A stretch of DNA of 62,800 nt, the filler included, from Sphacelaria rigidula (lineage: Eukaryota): assembly GCA_964200075.2 (NCBI GenBank). It is 9 parts of 9 records of this genome, joined end to end, with 100 filler letters (N's around TTAATTAATTAA, not from the genome) between each part and the next. Parts side by side here need not be neighbours in the genome. Positions count along the whole stretch, not along the records: positions 20,969 to 27,857 come from CAXNAA020017565.1; positions 27,958 to 34,846 come from CAXNAA020017566.1; positions 34,947 to 41,835 come from CAXNAA020017567.1; 6 more parts are not named here. One strand, 5' to 3'. The position numbers and the translations under genes are program-made. The notes beneath the pieces are model-generated. The model searched no databases, had not been told where the DNA came from, and saw only the letters and a list, made by a program, of their open reading frames with translations. This document shows, piece by piece, positions 27,206 to 40,044 of this stretch (positions are counted from its first letter, which is position 1; the number at the start of each line of letters is the position of its first letter).

Positions 27206-27344
27206 ATGTTGAAGGTGAGGATTCTCAGACAAAAATACCCCGATTTGGACATCGGGGTCGACGGAGGCTTGACAGTCAACACCATCGAGGAAGCGGCGAC
27301 AGCGGAGGCGAATATGATCATCTGCGGCAGTTACATATTCAAGG
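27206..27344 (+). CDS. RPE: Single exon of ribulose-phosphate 3-epimerase (C-terminal part); possibly a pseudogene fragment
   Basis: CAG acceptor, MLKVRILRQKYPDLDIGVDGGLTVNTIEEAATAEANMIICGSYIFK, GT donor; matches RPE I.VDGG..A.AGAN.IV.GS.IF. Confidence 0.8.
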
Positions 27345-27717
27345 GTAACAGGGTGTGTATTTTATGTGTGTTGAGTGTTGTGTGTTGTGTGTTGTGTGTT
27401 TGACAATGTTTTCGTGAGATTGAGAGTAGAGCGTTGATTGAAAGTGGGTTTTATCCTTCCCTTTAACTTGACCAGTTTTTCAATTTGCGTGCGCTTTTTA
27501 TTGCTTTTAACACTTGCGTGTGCTCACAGCTATACGTCAATGTCCTACTCAAGGATATCAAGGGCTTCAGTGGCAAGTTACTACAGGAAGCGTATCGGGC
27601 CTCGTGGAGGGTCATTTCAGAACTGAAATGATGTATTCATTACTTGACCGCTTCTCACTCTCAATCATATCCCCTACTCTCAATATCACAAAAAACACTG
27701 TTGATTACAATGCGGCG

Positions 27718-27797
27718 CAGTGCTGCTACTACTGCTACTGCTACTGCTACTGCTACTGCTACTACTTATACTACTACTACTACTGCTGCTGCTACTT

Positions 27798-27857
<60 letters not shown>
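27718..27857. repeat. (CTA/CTG)n trinucleotide microsatellite
   Basis: Direct reading; runs into contig end. Confidence 0.97.
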
Positions 27858-27957
27858 NNNNNNNNNNNNNNNNNNNNNNNNNNNNNNNNNNNNNNNNNNN
27901 NTTAATTAATTAANNNNNNNNNNNNNNNNNNNNNNNNNNNNNNNNNNNNNNNNNNNN
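27858..27957. other. Artificial contig linker
   Basis: Same 100-bp block. Confidence 0.97.
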
Positions 27958-29430
27958 AGCCGTGCCGTGTACCCGACATACTGTATCCCCATTGTGCGGA
28001 GTTGAGGTTCTCCCACGCCGCACAATATGATACAGTATGTCGGGTACACGGCACGGCTACTGCTGTACTGCTGTTTGAACTACTGTCTGTACATCTACAC
28101 TCCTCGCCGTACGACGAGCGTACTACCGCCCTTTCGACAATTCTACTGCACATGTTTGTATGTACTGCTGTGATTATGCTGATTTGTCTACTGATGTACG
28201 TGTGCACATAAGGGTGTCCGTGGAATCCAATTGATCGTGCTGTGGTATTAACCCACGAGAACAAAGCCCTATCGGCCGCCACACTTCACAGGGAAACAAC
28301 TCAACAGCCCCGACATTCTCGGTGACACCCAGGAGCACGGATACACGCGGCTACGCCAGGAAGGGTGCGACGTTAGCCGCTCGAACCTCACAGCGGCGGT
28401 GGTCCTTTCCGACCGAGAGCGGAGACGCCTCGTGCGGGGTTGGCGAAGGCAAAAGAAGGGCAGCGGGAGGATTTTAAGGCATCTAACGTACCTCGGGCGT
28501 CGGATCATGGAGCTGAAGACGCAGGATGAGCAGCTGCGCCAAAATCTAGGCATACCGTAGGATAGCGCAAACCAAGGACACAGGCGGTGACTTCCCCGCG
28601 GGGAAGGTCAGAATAGAAAACATGCGCAAGAAGTAGAAGGCACACCGCAATATACTGGGCATGGAGCCTGCGGGACAAGCAGCGGCGACAAGCAGCGGAG
28701 ACGCGAGTTTGCAATGGCGTTGGAGGCGAGCGCGGCTGCAAATCAAGTACGCAGGTGGTGACCTCCCTGCCGGGAAGGCCGGAATCGAGCACACGTGCAA
28801 GAAGCACAAGGCACACGACAACATACTGGACATGGAGCCTGCCCTCATCGACATGCAGTGAAGACGCGAGTATGCACTGACGATGGAGGCGAGGGGGACC
28901 CGCGCCGGGGGGAGGAGGGGGGGGCATACTCACAGGTTGCTTGATTAAGTCGTTTGACCATCGACCACGCTGGGAGGGGGGGGGGTATAGGGCACGACTC
29001 TGAGTGATGCCGGCTCTGGAAATAGGTGCTCGATCTCACGAAGTATTAGCACTTGTAGAGTGTTTCACAGCAGCGACATAGATTGTTAAACGAGGAATGG
29101 TTTTCATTCGTGTAGTCAAACATGCTTGCCGTAAGCGAGCGGTGTGGTGTGTTGTCCTGCATTATTTCCGGGATTTTGTGGCCGACCTGAGCGTGTTCAC
29201 AGCTCCTTCTACGGTGTGATGGAGCGTGAAATGCTGTACCGGTACGAGTATTCGCACTGATTTGAACATATTTTCCAGCGACACCCCTCTCCTCACTCAT
29301 CGAACGCATCCCGGACGTCCGCGCGCAGCTTGCCGCCGGCCTCTGAAGAAGGAGAGGTTATCTCAATTCGCGACACCACCAAATTCTCCAATGGTACACT
29401 GGAATTTCTATGACGGAAAATAAAAAAAAA

Positions 29431-29502
29431 TGTGTTCTGTAGGGTACCCAGGCAAAAAGTAGGGTATTCCCCACGTCCGACTATACCCTACAGAACACAA
29501 CC
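29431..29502. mobile_element. Minimal TIR derivative of the minisatellite-bearing element
   Basis: TGTGTTCTGTAGGGTA...TACCCTACAGAACACA, the same terminus as 33345-33364. Confidence 0.6.
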
Positions 29503-30487
29503 TTGCATTTTACGTCCCATCCGACCCCACTCACTCCTCAGGCCTGACGCTTGTCATTTCTTGATTTTTTTCGGACCTTCTCACCCCTGGGGTTTGACCC
29601 CATGCGGCAACGACTGTCGACAGCCATCACGAAAACACTCGGGCTCGGCCAAACCCCACCTCTTGGGGTGGCGTGTGTGTTGCTTTCTCATACTCGACTG
29701 AACAACCCCAGAACAACCCCAGTCGGGGGAAGGGGGGGTGTACTCATGATCATGCATGACATAGTCATAAGACCGTTGACCTCGAGGAGGGGGGGGTTGT
29801 TCGAAGAATGCATGTTCCCACCGACCTCTGGTATACACAGACTACCGACTACGCGGTGGATATCCAGCATAGCTATTAGTATCGTTGTGATGGGGTCCCC
29901 GATCATTGTGCCTCTTCGAATTCAAATTGGCAACGACTACCGACAGCCATCACGTGATCGCTCCGCCTGGTCTGAAAAACCCCACCTCCTGGGGTGGCAT
30001 GTGCGTGTCGACTTGTCACATTTGACTCAACAAGTCGGACGCAACGGCCTGGACTAAAACCGAGTATACAGCAAGGGCAACCACGCTGTACGCATGTGTA
30101 TACGGCAAGTTATGTGCTCCTTCAACCCCCTTGAGTGCCGGAAGGCTAATATGAATCGTAGATGGACCCGAACACGAGTGCGCGAGAGACGGTGAATTCG
30201 GCCGTATTCAAAACACAATACTGCAATACGCGGATCAGGGGTTCGGGACTTTGAATTTTTGCGGAAGGGGGTGTTATCGGGGATAACTGGGTGAGACGGA
30301 ATTACACTGAAACCCAAGATAATCCCAGATGGACCGCGTACTTGCGATTTGAATAGGTCCATATTCCAGTTGCGACGGTCACGGAGGTATCAAGGGAATC
30401 ATAAAGCTTGTGGTACGCACGTTCGACAAAAAAATGGTCATCTTTGCAGTCAGGGGCTTAGGTGCGAGTGCTGGATGACAGACCCCA

Positions 30488-30665
30488 GTGCAATTTCGAC
30501 TGGGTTAGACCGATGACGAAGAACACGACGTGGTGTCTTGTCCTCTGTTCTCCAAAGGCGATCCTAAGTGGCTCACCGTCCACGCTTCGGCGCATGACAC
30601 ATTGCCCTAGTGAACACACGCAAGCAATGGCGTCTGGCCAGCGGTTTGAGACCACCAGTATTCAT
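30488..30665 (+). repeat. Dispersed repeat, second copy ~34002-34180
   Basis: TGCAATTTCGACTGG..GGTGTCTTGTC..TTCTCCAAAGG..CACCGTCCACGCTTCG..CAGCGGTT shared. Confidence 0.8.
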
Positions 30666-31554
30666 CATCTCCTTTGGACAGCCGCATGCCCGGCAGTGCC
30701 AGTATCTTTTGTTCGTAGGACGTTGTACTACTCTCGTGCTGTATGATTGATTGATTGATTGCTTGTCGCACTTTAACTCGCCACCCATGGGTCCAGCCGT
30801 GGTCGTATGATAGACCTACCCAAGAAAATAAAAATTGAAACACCGTATGCGAACTGCCATCTACATCCTACGATGCAGGCAGTACCGTACTATCTATACT
30901 GCACGTTGTCCAAATCTTGTTCACTTCAGTGCAAGGCGGCACAGATCTTGCGGGACTACCAGCCAAAAATATTGTACCGAAATGAAGCCCGGCGCCCAAA
31001 GCGTGAAATTTTGTCATTTTTGTTCAAGGTCTAGGTCAGGATACAATGCTTCCAGTAACTAATCTTCCCTCTTGTGTGGAAGTGGGCGGTATGATGGGCG
31101 GCGCGTTTTTTCGTCGTGTGTCATCACGTTCCGTACCTTGTGTGAAATGATCAGGTGCTTATTCAGACTCGATACAACGGTACAGTATACTCCATTTGTC
31201 ATTTTTGGGTGTGATCGATTTTCTATTCTGTTTGTGCAGGCGTTTGCTGTATGCAGGTGTATGCTCGCAGTATGATGGCGCATGGATGTATGTTTTTGAA
31301 TCCGCTATTATACCTCATAATATCCAGCCAGTTTGAACCACTCTCTCGATCGGCCACCCGACTTCACCCAGCCCGCAAACGCCGCAGTCATGCTCAATGA
31401 TGGCAACATAAATTGACAACACACTGGAGAATATCAACATTGTTCATTGGCGTTGCAGTACAATTTGTTTCTACCGGATGGAAAATGTCAACTTCCCGAA
31501 AGCACACAAAACCTGGATTCAGCAGCCGATATTTCAGTGTTGCGTTGAATTTCA

Positions 31555-32137
31555 AGGTTGTGTTGTGAAGGGTACGGGTTTCTGTATACCCGGGGTATTT
31601 TGCCGGGTATTTACCGTACCCGACAGTTCTGTGACATGTGTAATCTGTAAACTCTGTAATACTTTCATACCCTTACCCGGTAGTTCTGTAATCTCTGTGA
31701 GACTCCCGAACCGTTACTGGGGGGCACGGGTGCGCTCTTGATAAGATACCTGATTGCGGGTACGGTCTTCTGTGCAACCTCCATACCCTACCCGAGAGCT
31801 TCTGTGAGTTCTGTAAGCCTCCCATACCCTCACCCGACAGGTCTGTGGGTTCTGTACAGATTTTTTACCCGTACCCGGATTGCGGGTATGTTCTTGAAAA
31901 AATACCCGATTGCCGGTATCGGTTTTCTGTGAGTCTCCCATACTGTACCCGACAAGCTCTGTCATGTTTTCGAGACTTTCATCCAGTACCGGTACACAAC
32001 AGTTCTGTGAGCTCTGTAAGCCTCCCATACCTCTACCCGTGGTGAGGGTATACCATAATGGTATACCCGATTGCAGGTATAAGCACAGGTATATACCTTG
32101 GGGAGGTACGGGTATAGGTTCGATCCAAACACAACCT
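31555..32137 (+). mobile_element. TIR element with internal degenerate ~41-bp repeats (copy 1)
   Basis: Termini AGGTTGTGTT...AACACAACCT; internal TACCCGACAGTTCTGTGAGTTCTGTAAG-type units. Confidence 0.7.
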
Positions 32138-32662
32138 CATGACCTCAACATGTACCTCCCATCGCGATCAACTCACCCAACAACTCCGTCATTCAAAACT
32201 GCACATCAACAATAATGCAATGTTGAAAAGTTCAAAAGTTCTGTAGTTTGGGCCCTGGCAGGATACGAGGTACCGCTGAGTGGAAACACGAAGCATGAGC
32301 AGCACTGCAGACCGTCAGAATGGATCACCCCAGACTCGCGAGTGGTGGCTCGAGCGGGGGTGGTTCATCGGCGCCACTAAAGGTTAATCGACGTTGATCG
32401 TTGTGTCGTGGTCATCAAACCCCAGCCCGTTATCGACATGTACAGCACAGAGTATGAGCTACCACCGAAAGTCGTCAAGGCCGTCGGCGATTTTGTCGCA
32501 TGCTGAAGGGCTTCAAGAAAACGGGCAGCCATGAACGCTCCTTCTTGTACTCTTTCTCCATCAACCCCGTGAAGCCTTCAAAGTTTTCGTGAGCTGTCAT
32601 TCTTTGTATTTCGCCACTGTTGTAGTGACGTAGGTCCCACCACAGGGGTGATGATGATAACA

Positions 32663-33364
32663 AGGTCGTGTTTTGGAGCGTACGACCTTCTGTATACCCG
32701 GGGCATTTTTCCGGGTATTTACCGTACCCGACAGTTCAGTAGACGTTGTAAGACCTTCGTACCGGTACCCGATAGTTCTGTGAGTTCTGTAGACCTCCCG
32801 TACCGTTACCGGGGGGCACGGGTATGCTCTTGACAAGATACCCGGTTGCGGGTACGGTTTTCTGTGCAACCTCCATACCCTACCCGACAGCTTCTGTGAG
32901 TTCTGTAAGCCTCCCATACCCTCACCCGACAGTTTTGTGAGTTTGGTACAAAAACTTCACCCTAACCCAAAGGGCGGGTATATTGTACCCTAAAAGAGTT
33001 ACCTAATTGCCGGTACCGATTTTCTGTAAGCCTCCCATACCGTACCCGACAAGTTCTGCGACGTCTGTAAGACTTTCATACCGGTACCCGACAGCTCGGT
33101 ACACTCTGTAAGACTTTCATACCGTACCCGACAAGCTCTGCGACTTCTGTAAGACATTCGTACCGGTACCCGACAGCTCGGTACACTCTGTGAGACTTTC
33201 ATACCGTACCTGACAAGTTCTGTGACTTCTGTAAGACTTTCAAACCGGTACCCGACAGCTCGGTACACTCTGTGAGACTTTCATACCGGTACCCGACGGT
33301 TCTGTAAGTTCTGTAACGAATCTCATACCCTACAGAACGTACCCGTACCCTACAGAACGCAACT
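32663..33364 (+). mobile_element. TIR element with internal 41-bp minisatellite (copy 2)
   Basis: Termini AGGTCGTGTT...AACGCAACT; units start at 33023, 33064, 33105, 33146, 33187, 33228, 33269. Confidence 0.75.
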
Positions 33365-33450
33365 TCGGAAATTTGGCATGGAGAATCTCGAGGGCAAAAT
33401 AAAAAGGTGTCAGCTATTACTCTATCTTGGCTTTGGTGTATACTTTCATA

Positions 33451-33813
33451 TCACCCACTTATTAGCCCCAATAACACTCCTTCCGCAGAAATTCGGAGTT
33501 ACAAACCCTCACCCATAATATCGCGTGTTCAAATATGGCCGAAGTCGACCTTTTTCGCATAGTATTCGAGGGGCGATCAAGGGGCAACCTTAAGTTCCCA
33601 GCGGCGAAAGTGTTCAAAGGTGTCGACTGTGACCTTGAGAAGTTATTTCACGAGTTACAGCTGAAAGCCTCAGATCGCCCCGTGATTCCCCCCCCCGAAA
33701 AACGTGCGAAAAACGGTGACTTCGGCCGAATTGAAAACGCCACATTACGCGTCGTCAAGGGTCCGGGACTTCGAAATTCTGCGGGAGGGGTGTTACCAAG
33801 GGTAAGTGGGTGA
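33451..33813. mobile_element. MITE with ~55-bp imperfect TIRs and TA flanks (Tc1/mariner-like)
   Basis: TA|TCACCCACTTA...TAAGTGGGTGA|TA; partial copy ~30236-30294. Confidence 0.65.
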
Positions 33814-34846
33814 TAGGAAGTGCATCAGAGCCAGGATAGACCCAGATCGCCTTTTTACTTACTTTTTATAGTTGAATGGAATGACAACTCGGGCGGGAAA
33901 GGACGAATCGAGCACAAATTGGCAACGTATGTCCAACATCACATGTGCCTATCTTGGCAGCCACGAGCGTGTGTGCGCGAGTGTTTGATGGCATTCCTCA
34001 TTGCAATTTCGACTGGATAAGAGCGAAAACGGAGAACATCGCGCGGTGTCTTGTCTCGTATTCTCCAAAGGAGACGCTCAGTGGTCCACCGTCCACGCTT
34101 CGTCGCACAACACATCGCCCTAGTAATACATCGGCAACGGTCTATGCCCAGCGGTTCTGGGACGACCATCATGTCATCATCTCCTGTGCGCCGCCGCATG
34201 CACCGCGGTGCCAGTATCTTGCGTCCGCAGACCGCGGTACTATGTGTGCAAGCTGTTATCTACAATTGAAGATTGTTTGAGGATGGATGGTTGGATGCTT
34301 GGTTGGATTTTATTTTTTGGACAAAGGAAGGACAATAGACGATGGGACGCCAATATTACACTTCTATTATATCCCGAGAAGGTGTAGGCCGGCATCCAGA
34401 ATAGATGGGACGAGAACACACAACATAGCACTTAGGGCGTGTCTTAGCACTTTTTCTTTCGATCGAAAAAGTGTGTTCGATTTTTTTTTCTGCCAATCTG
34501 ATAGGTCCACCGCATTTATGTTCCTCGAAGGCTTCAACTCAAAATTGTAAATAGCGGCGTGCGGAGAAGAATGCAACGAGTGGAAAAACATTTTTTTTCG
34601 ATCGAAAACAAGCAGTCGAAGGGCACGAAGCGGCACTTGACTCTTATCTTACAGACGTCAAATAACACCCATTCATAGGACCATGCAAACTCCATCCACC
34701 TCATTCTCAGCTACAACCGCAACCCCGCAGCGTAGAGCACGAGTTGAGCACGGATAGAGACACGAAAGTAGTTGGGTAGTGCTTTGATTATTTTTTTTGG
34801 CGAAAACTTGCGCATCTTCTCTCATGGTAGTCATCAGGGATGGAAC

Positions 34847-34946
34847 NNNNNNNNNNNNNNNNNNNNNNNNNNNNNNNNNNNNNNNNNNNNTTAATTAATT
34901 AANNNNNNNNNNNNNNNNNNNNNNNNNNNNNNNNNNNNNNNNNNNN
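34847..34946. other. Artificial contig linker
   Basis: Same 100-bp block. Confidence 0.97.
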
Positions 34947-36050
34947 TTGTTCTTTTTTTGTTTTTGTGTCGGACTCATTATTATGTATGCCGTATTCATC
35001 AGACCATTGACCTCGCATCCCTACGAAGCCGGGACGTGTCACGCCGGGTTCTCGCCGGACCAGACTTGCACTCAATCACCAAGTGCGAAGCGCCGTGGTG
35101 TGTTCGTGCAGCGAGTCGCATGAAGGGTGAGCTGCATCTTGCGAAGATTGTTCGGCCCGCAGCCTACAGATTATCTTGCATTTGCATGACAGCCTACAAT
35201 GAGTTCATTCATTTTCTGGTATCATCACTGACAGAGACAGCCACGGCTTTTACACTGCGTCATGGGTCTTTCACCATTTGAACACCGCGTAGTACGATCA
35301 TCCCGTTCGTGAAGAGTCGAGGTTCGAACACGCCGCACATGATCTAGCTCGACTACCATCATGGTTACCGCAAAAAAAAAACGCAAGCGAGCAAAAAACG
35401 GCAACCTGGTTGTCTAGGTTACGCAGTGAGTGACGAAATTTACAGCGTCGTTGCCAACCGCATAGGGGGTTCGTCCCTACAAAGCCGGACGGAGCACGCC
35501 GGGTTTTCGCGGGACCAGGCAAGACGAGAGGGGGGGGGGGGGGTACTCGTTTGTTGCTCGCATGACCATTGACCATGCATCCCTTTCAAGACGGAGCACC
35601 GTTCCTACTCCTACTAGAGACGCGTATATCAGGGGAGAGAAGGGTTGATCCCTCGAGACAACCGCCTAGCCCCCGTGACGGAAGGAAGGATAGAAGGGGG
35701 AGGGTTAAAATGAAAGTGTGCTGAGGGAAGAGAAAAAAGCACCGCCACCTATACAGGTGTCCGAGGTACGATAACAGTTGGTTTCAAGGGTCGGACCGGA
35801 AATGACTTGGGTTTACTGTCAACGATTCGTACCGTACGAATCAATCAATCCTTAGGCGTTGTTTTCAGCGTTGCAAACCCAGGTACGCACAGCACAAGAA
35901 CGTGGGATGGCGCAAAAATTGCGTGGAGACCTTCTCCGACCAGCGTCTTTTTTCTTCATCTCTTTCGAGCAATCAGGCCTGGAGAATCGTGGATATGGTG
36001 ATTCAAACTGGCGATGATTCGTCCGACCCGTGGTTGGTTTGCTCGCTCAC

Positions 36051-36203
36051 CCGTGATCTCCTTAAACGCAGCCAAGAACTGGCGCAACGTGAGCTCGCCC
36101 TTATCCACCCAGGTCTTGTCCCACTTGGTGAACCCCGAAGGCTTGCACTTCGTCTCCGCCATGTTGATGACGTCATACTCATCTTTTGCCTTTTCCGCGG
36201 GTG
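36051..36203 (-). CDS. UBA1: E1 exon, start of ubiquitin-fold domain
   Basis: TAG/GT; PAEKAKDEYDVINMAETKCKPSGFTKWDKTWVDKGELTLRQFLAAFKEITG (cf. WT.WD..TL.QFL..FK); intron phases are consistent across all six exons. Confidence 0.92.
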
Positions 36204-37697
36204 CTACAGATGAAGTGATTCAACGAGGACGGAGGCCGAAAAAAAAAATATATATATATATATATATGAGGGAAAAAAACGAGATGAACAAATAATAAAA
36301 ATAGCCGGGGCAAGAATACCGGGGGGAAACGACATTGTTTACGACGAAGGGTAATAGTGATACGAGTAATAGTGATCAAGATATAATTGATGGATTGTCG
36401 CACATTGAATGATCTTCGAGGGATCCAGCCGTGGTCACGAGCAAGACGTACGTAACCAAGGTGAACAAAATAGAAACGCTCTCTAAGAAAAAACAGAAGA
36501 GCGGAAAAGCAAAAAAATATATAGTGCACAAACGGAGTAGACTGAAAAAACCAGAAAGAACAGGATCTAGCAGAAAAAAAACAAGAAAAGAAAGGGAAGG
36601 AGGAGAACTACAAAAATAAAAGTATATAAAAGGTGGTCCCCATTACGTTCGGTAAATATAACGGAAAACAACCTGAAACGGCCGGCCTCTTCAGGATGAC
36701 TTCAGGTGAAAAAAACAAAAAACGGCAGTGCAGGCAAACACCGAAAACCATTATAGGAAAGATAAGAGCAACAGCAGCAACGACAACAAGAAGCGGATTT
36801 GCTATTTTTTTCTCCTCATTCCTGCTGTCCCTCCTTCCACGCGGATCGTGGAGGTAGGTGGCACAACGGCCTTCATGTACAGTATCAGCGTTGCGTTTGT
36901 TGCATAAAGCCGGGCACTTCCGTTTCAACCCCACCCCACATGCTCCTGCTACAGCTTCGCCTTGCTGTTGGCCGCTCTGATAATTCTCTCTGTTGTTGTC
37001 GTCGTTTCCCTCTCTGCTCAACGATGCACTGCGGTCTTCTATTTCTGTCCTTCTACTAGGGCACAAAACTCCTTCGAAAAACTCGCCATATCCCCCGCCT
37101 TGCGCCCGCCACACACTATTTCACTACCTTCAAACGTGACTCTGGATAAGATGGATATAGGGAGGGGCTGATGCGATGGCCAAAAACGTAAAGCCTCTGC
37201 AAAGTTTTGTTGTGTTTGCTGCTGAGTCTGCTGCTGAAACTTCCGTACCGTCTCCCCTTCGATCCGCCTGTTCACATGATCATTTGTCTTCTTCGGTCAA
37301 TTCAAAGCTTGAAAGAAAACCACATACATGAAAAATATACTCCGTAGACGGTATTTATCTATATCTATATATTCCACACCTTGGACGATACAATATATGG
37401 TCAATAGTTGCAATAGACAAGAAATGTACTGCATAGAGTATTGGCCTACTGCGACTATTGTCGGCCGGCAATAATTGCAATAGGCCTATACTTTGTGCAG
37501 TATACTTCTCGTCTATTGCATCGATTGACCATATATTGTCCAAGGTGTGATATATTCCGAAAATGATCGGCACCCACTCATATGATGCAGGGAAATCCCC
37601 GCAAGGGTAGATAGATTCATGAACACAATAAAGTGTAAGTATACGGCGCAGCACAGCACAGCACAGTACGCAGCACACAGCACAACACCGTCCATAC

Positions 37698-37779
37698 CTG
37701 GCTCGGAGAAGAAGTAGCTGTTGAGCCCGAGGTTATTGGACGAATCCTTGTACGCTTCCAGCTTCTTGCCTTGTAACAC
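37698..37779 (-). CDS. UBA1: E1 exon
   Basis: CAG/GT; VLQGKKLEAYKDSSNNLGLNSYFFSEP (cf. YKN.F.NL..P.F.FSEP). Confidence 0.92.
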
Positions 37780-38902
37780 CTGTCGGACAAAAACACCAAC
37801 AACACCACACGAAACAACTCCAGGTCATACACACAACTAAACCATCACGTCGCAACGTGGTACCCATCATCATAATGAAGCTGCACACACTCCACGCACC
37901 ATCCCCGTGTCCACAACACTTACATCGCCGATTCTGAAAACAGAGGTCGCACGATCCACGCACAATTTCCATCAATATGAACCCTCCAACCACGAGGGCG
38001 GGGTCGCCATCTGTTGAATTGGCGCGGCGTCATTTTTGCCTCGAAAATTGACTGCAATACCCGGATATAACCGACCCACCCTGAAGGTCAAACCGTTGGC
38101 ATGACCTAATTTTACACATTAAACACTCGACAAAAAGCTTGCTAGGAGGAAGGACAACGGGAAAAAAAATTAGAAAAACCCTACATGCGAAGAACCCGCC
38201 GACGGCACGGAAGGATCATACAGTTCGTCCGCGATACTCTTGGACAAGCTTGTCGTCCAATAACGTTTTGCGGTTCCAGTTATGGATGATTCGGATTTAC
38301 ATATAATTGCATTATATGAATATATGTTACATTTTTGCTTAGCCTTGTTTCTTCGTTGTTCTTTCGCATTTCCTATTCTTGAGTTTGACCCTATTTTCCA
38401 ATACCTTGTTTATTCTCCCCTCTCTCCCCCGATTTTCATTTCACGTCAGCGACCATCACCGTTTTTTGTTCTATGCCTAGTGGGTACGTCCATCTCGTGG
38501 ATAATGACCATGCACAGCTGGGTCCCTCGAGGATCAGTTCATCTGCCACCATCATCACAGTTTACACTAAATATGTGCCAAGGTTATCCTCTGCGGGGTA
38601 TACTGGGGAAAATTCGGGTATTTACGCAGCTCCAAGAGAGATATTTATCGGCAAATGCCCTTCCGAACCATACCCGATTGTTCGGGACACATTTCGGTAT
38701 GGTGCAGTACGTCAACCGGAAATCCCTCACTTCCGGGTATACCCCATATTGTAAAACACAATATATATTAAAAAAAAGTGAACCGAACATACTCAATACC
38801 TAACCACAGCTACGCAACTATAATAAATCGTGATGGATTGTCCATCTACCACAACATGTGTGCCGTGTCCACAGGATGTACATTTGTTTTTCCTTGTTTC
38901 AC

Positions 38903-39014
38903 CTTGAAGAGCTCAATCATGACGAGGCCGCACACGGAGGCGGTGGTGGTCGCGACGGCCGGGATAATCTTACCCGCAATCATTTTTATCTTGTGCCGTG
39001 AAGCTTCCTTAATC
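38903..39014 (-). CDS. UBA1: E1 exon
   Basis: [42 protein letters not shown], the E1 AGKIIPAIATTT motif. Confidence 0.96.
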
Positions 39015-39922
39015 CTTGTGCGTGTTTTGAAACAAACGACGAAATGGAGAAGGAGGCGATACAAAAACAAAAAAAGAGAACACACACACACACGAGATAG
39101 ATTAAAAACAAAATGACAGTTCACGTATTCGCACCTGCCTTCTTGCTTGCGCCGCAAAAACGACGTCCTTGTTACCAGTGTGGTCATTGCCATTTCAGCG
39201 ATTATCGTTACTCAACATTAGAATAACAAAACACTCAAGAGGGCGTGGCAAACAAACAATATCACTGACACACTTGAGACACGCATACGCACACGAAGGG
39301 TCCGTCTCTTGCCTAAGCTGCACCACCAACATAACCTAGGACTGAAGCTCATAGTAGTAAGGCACGTGCACTGCGCTAAGGTAACAGGGGGTGATCCCAG
39401 GTTCAACTCCCACACTGCCTTGAGCAAAGCTTTCCGAACGCTCAAGGCGCCTACCCCACATGACTGCCGCGAGGCGGTCCAGCCGAGCCTCCGCGTAATC
39501 GGCACACCAACCCATTGACGGGCGAAGTGTTGGGTGAGGTTTTCTCCTTCCTTCCAAGAGAAACGACCACAACAAAAACAACGAAGGACCCGCTGACGTG
39601 CAGCTGAAAACTCAACCGACCCTCCAACCTGCCAGGTAACATTGTATTCACCATCTCTTCAATCTGATCATCATGTTCACTCGAAAAATGAATTACATGA
39701 CCCCCTCCCCTCGCCCCCCCGACGATGGCTCACCTCGGGCGGGCAACGGTTTCACAATAAATGGATCCTAACGTGAAGACAAGAGCAAACGGGGGAGGAA
39801 ATAAAAACAACCACTGGAGTGTACCTATAATTACCGACCGTCGACGCATCGAGAGCTCAATCGCGTTTCGCTGATGCGCACAGTACAAGTAGTACAATGT
39901 CTATAATTTTCTTGACGCGCAC

Positions 39923-40044
39923 CTGTAGTTCCAGGCCCGCATATTGCTGGCAGCCGACACGAAGTCGATGTGAAAGTTCAAATCCTGGTCCTTCTCGAAA
40001 TCTGCCGGTTCGAACTGCAACCCCGAAACATCCATCGCGGAAAG
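39923..40044 (-). CDS. UBA1: E1 exon
   Basis: [46 protein letters not shown], the E1 FEKDDD.NFH.DF..AASN.RA.NY signature. Confidence 0.95.

Noticed and set aside
27514-27913. Poly-Tyr, poly-Thr and poly-Leu ORFs
   Set aside because: Translations of a trinucleotide microsatellite running into a gap.
33023-33310. CRISPR-like regularly spaced repeats
   Set aside because: The would-be spacers are themselves repeated (A/B alternation), there are no cas genes and the context is eukaryotic; it is a minisatellite.
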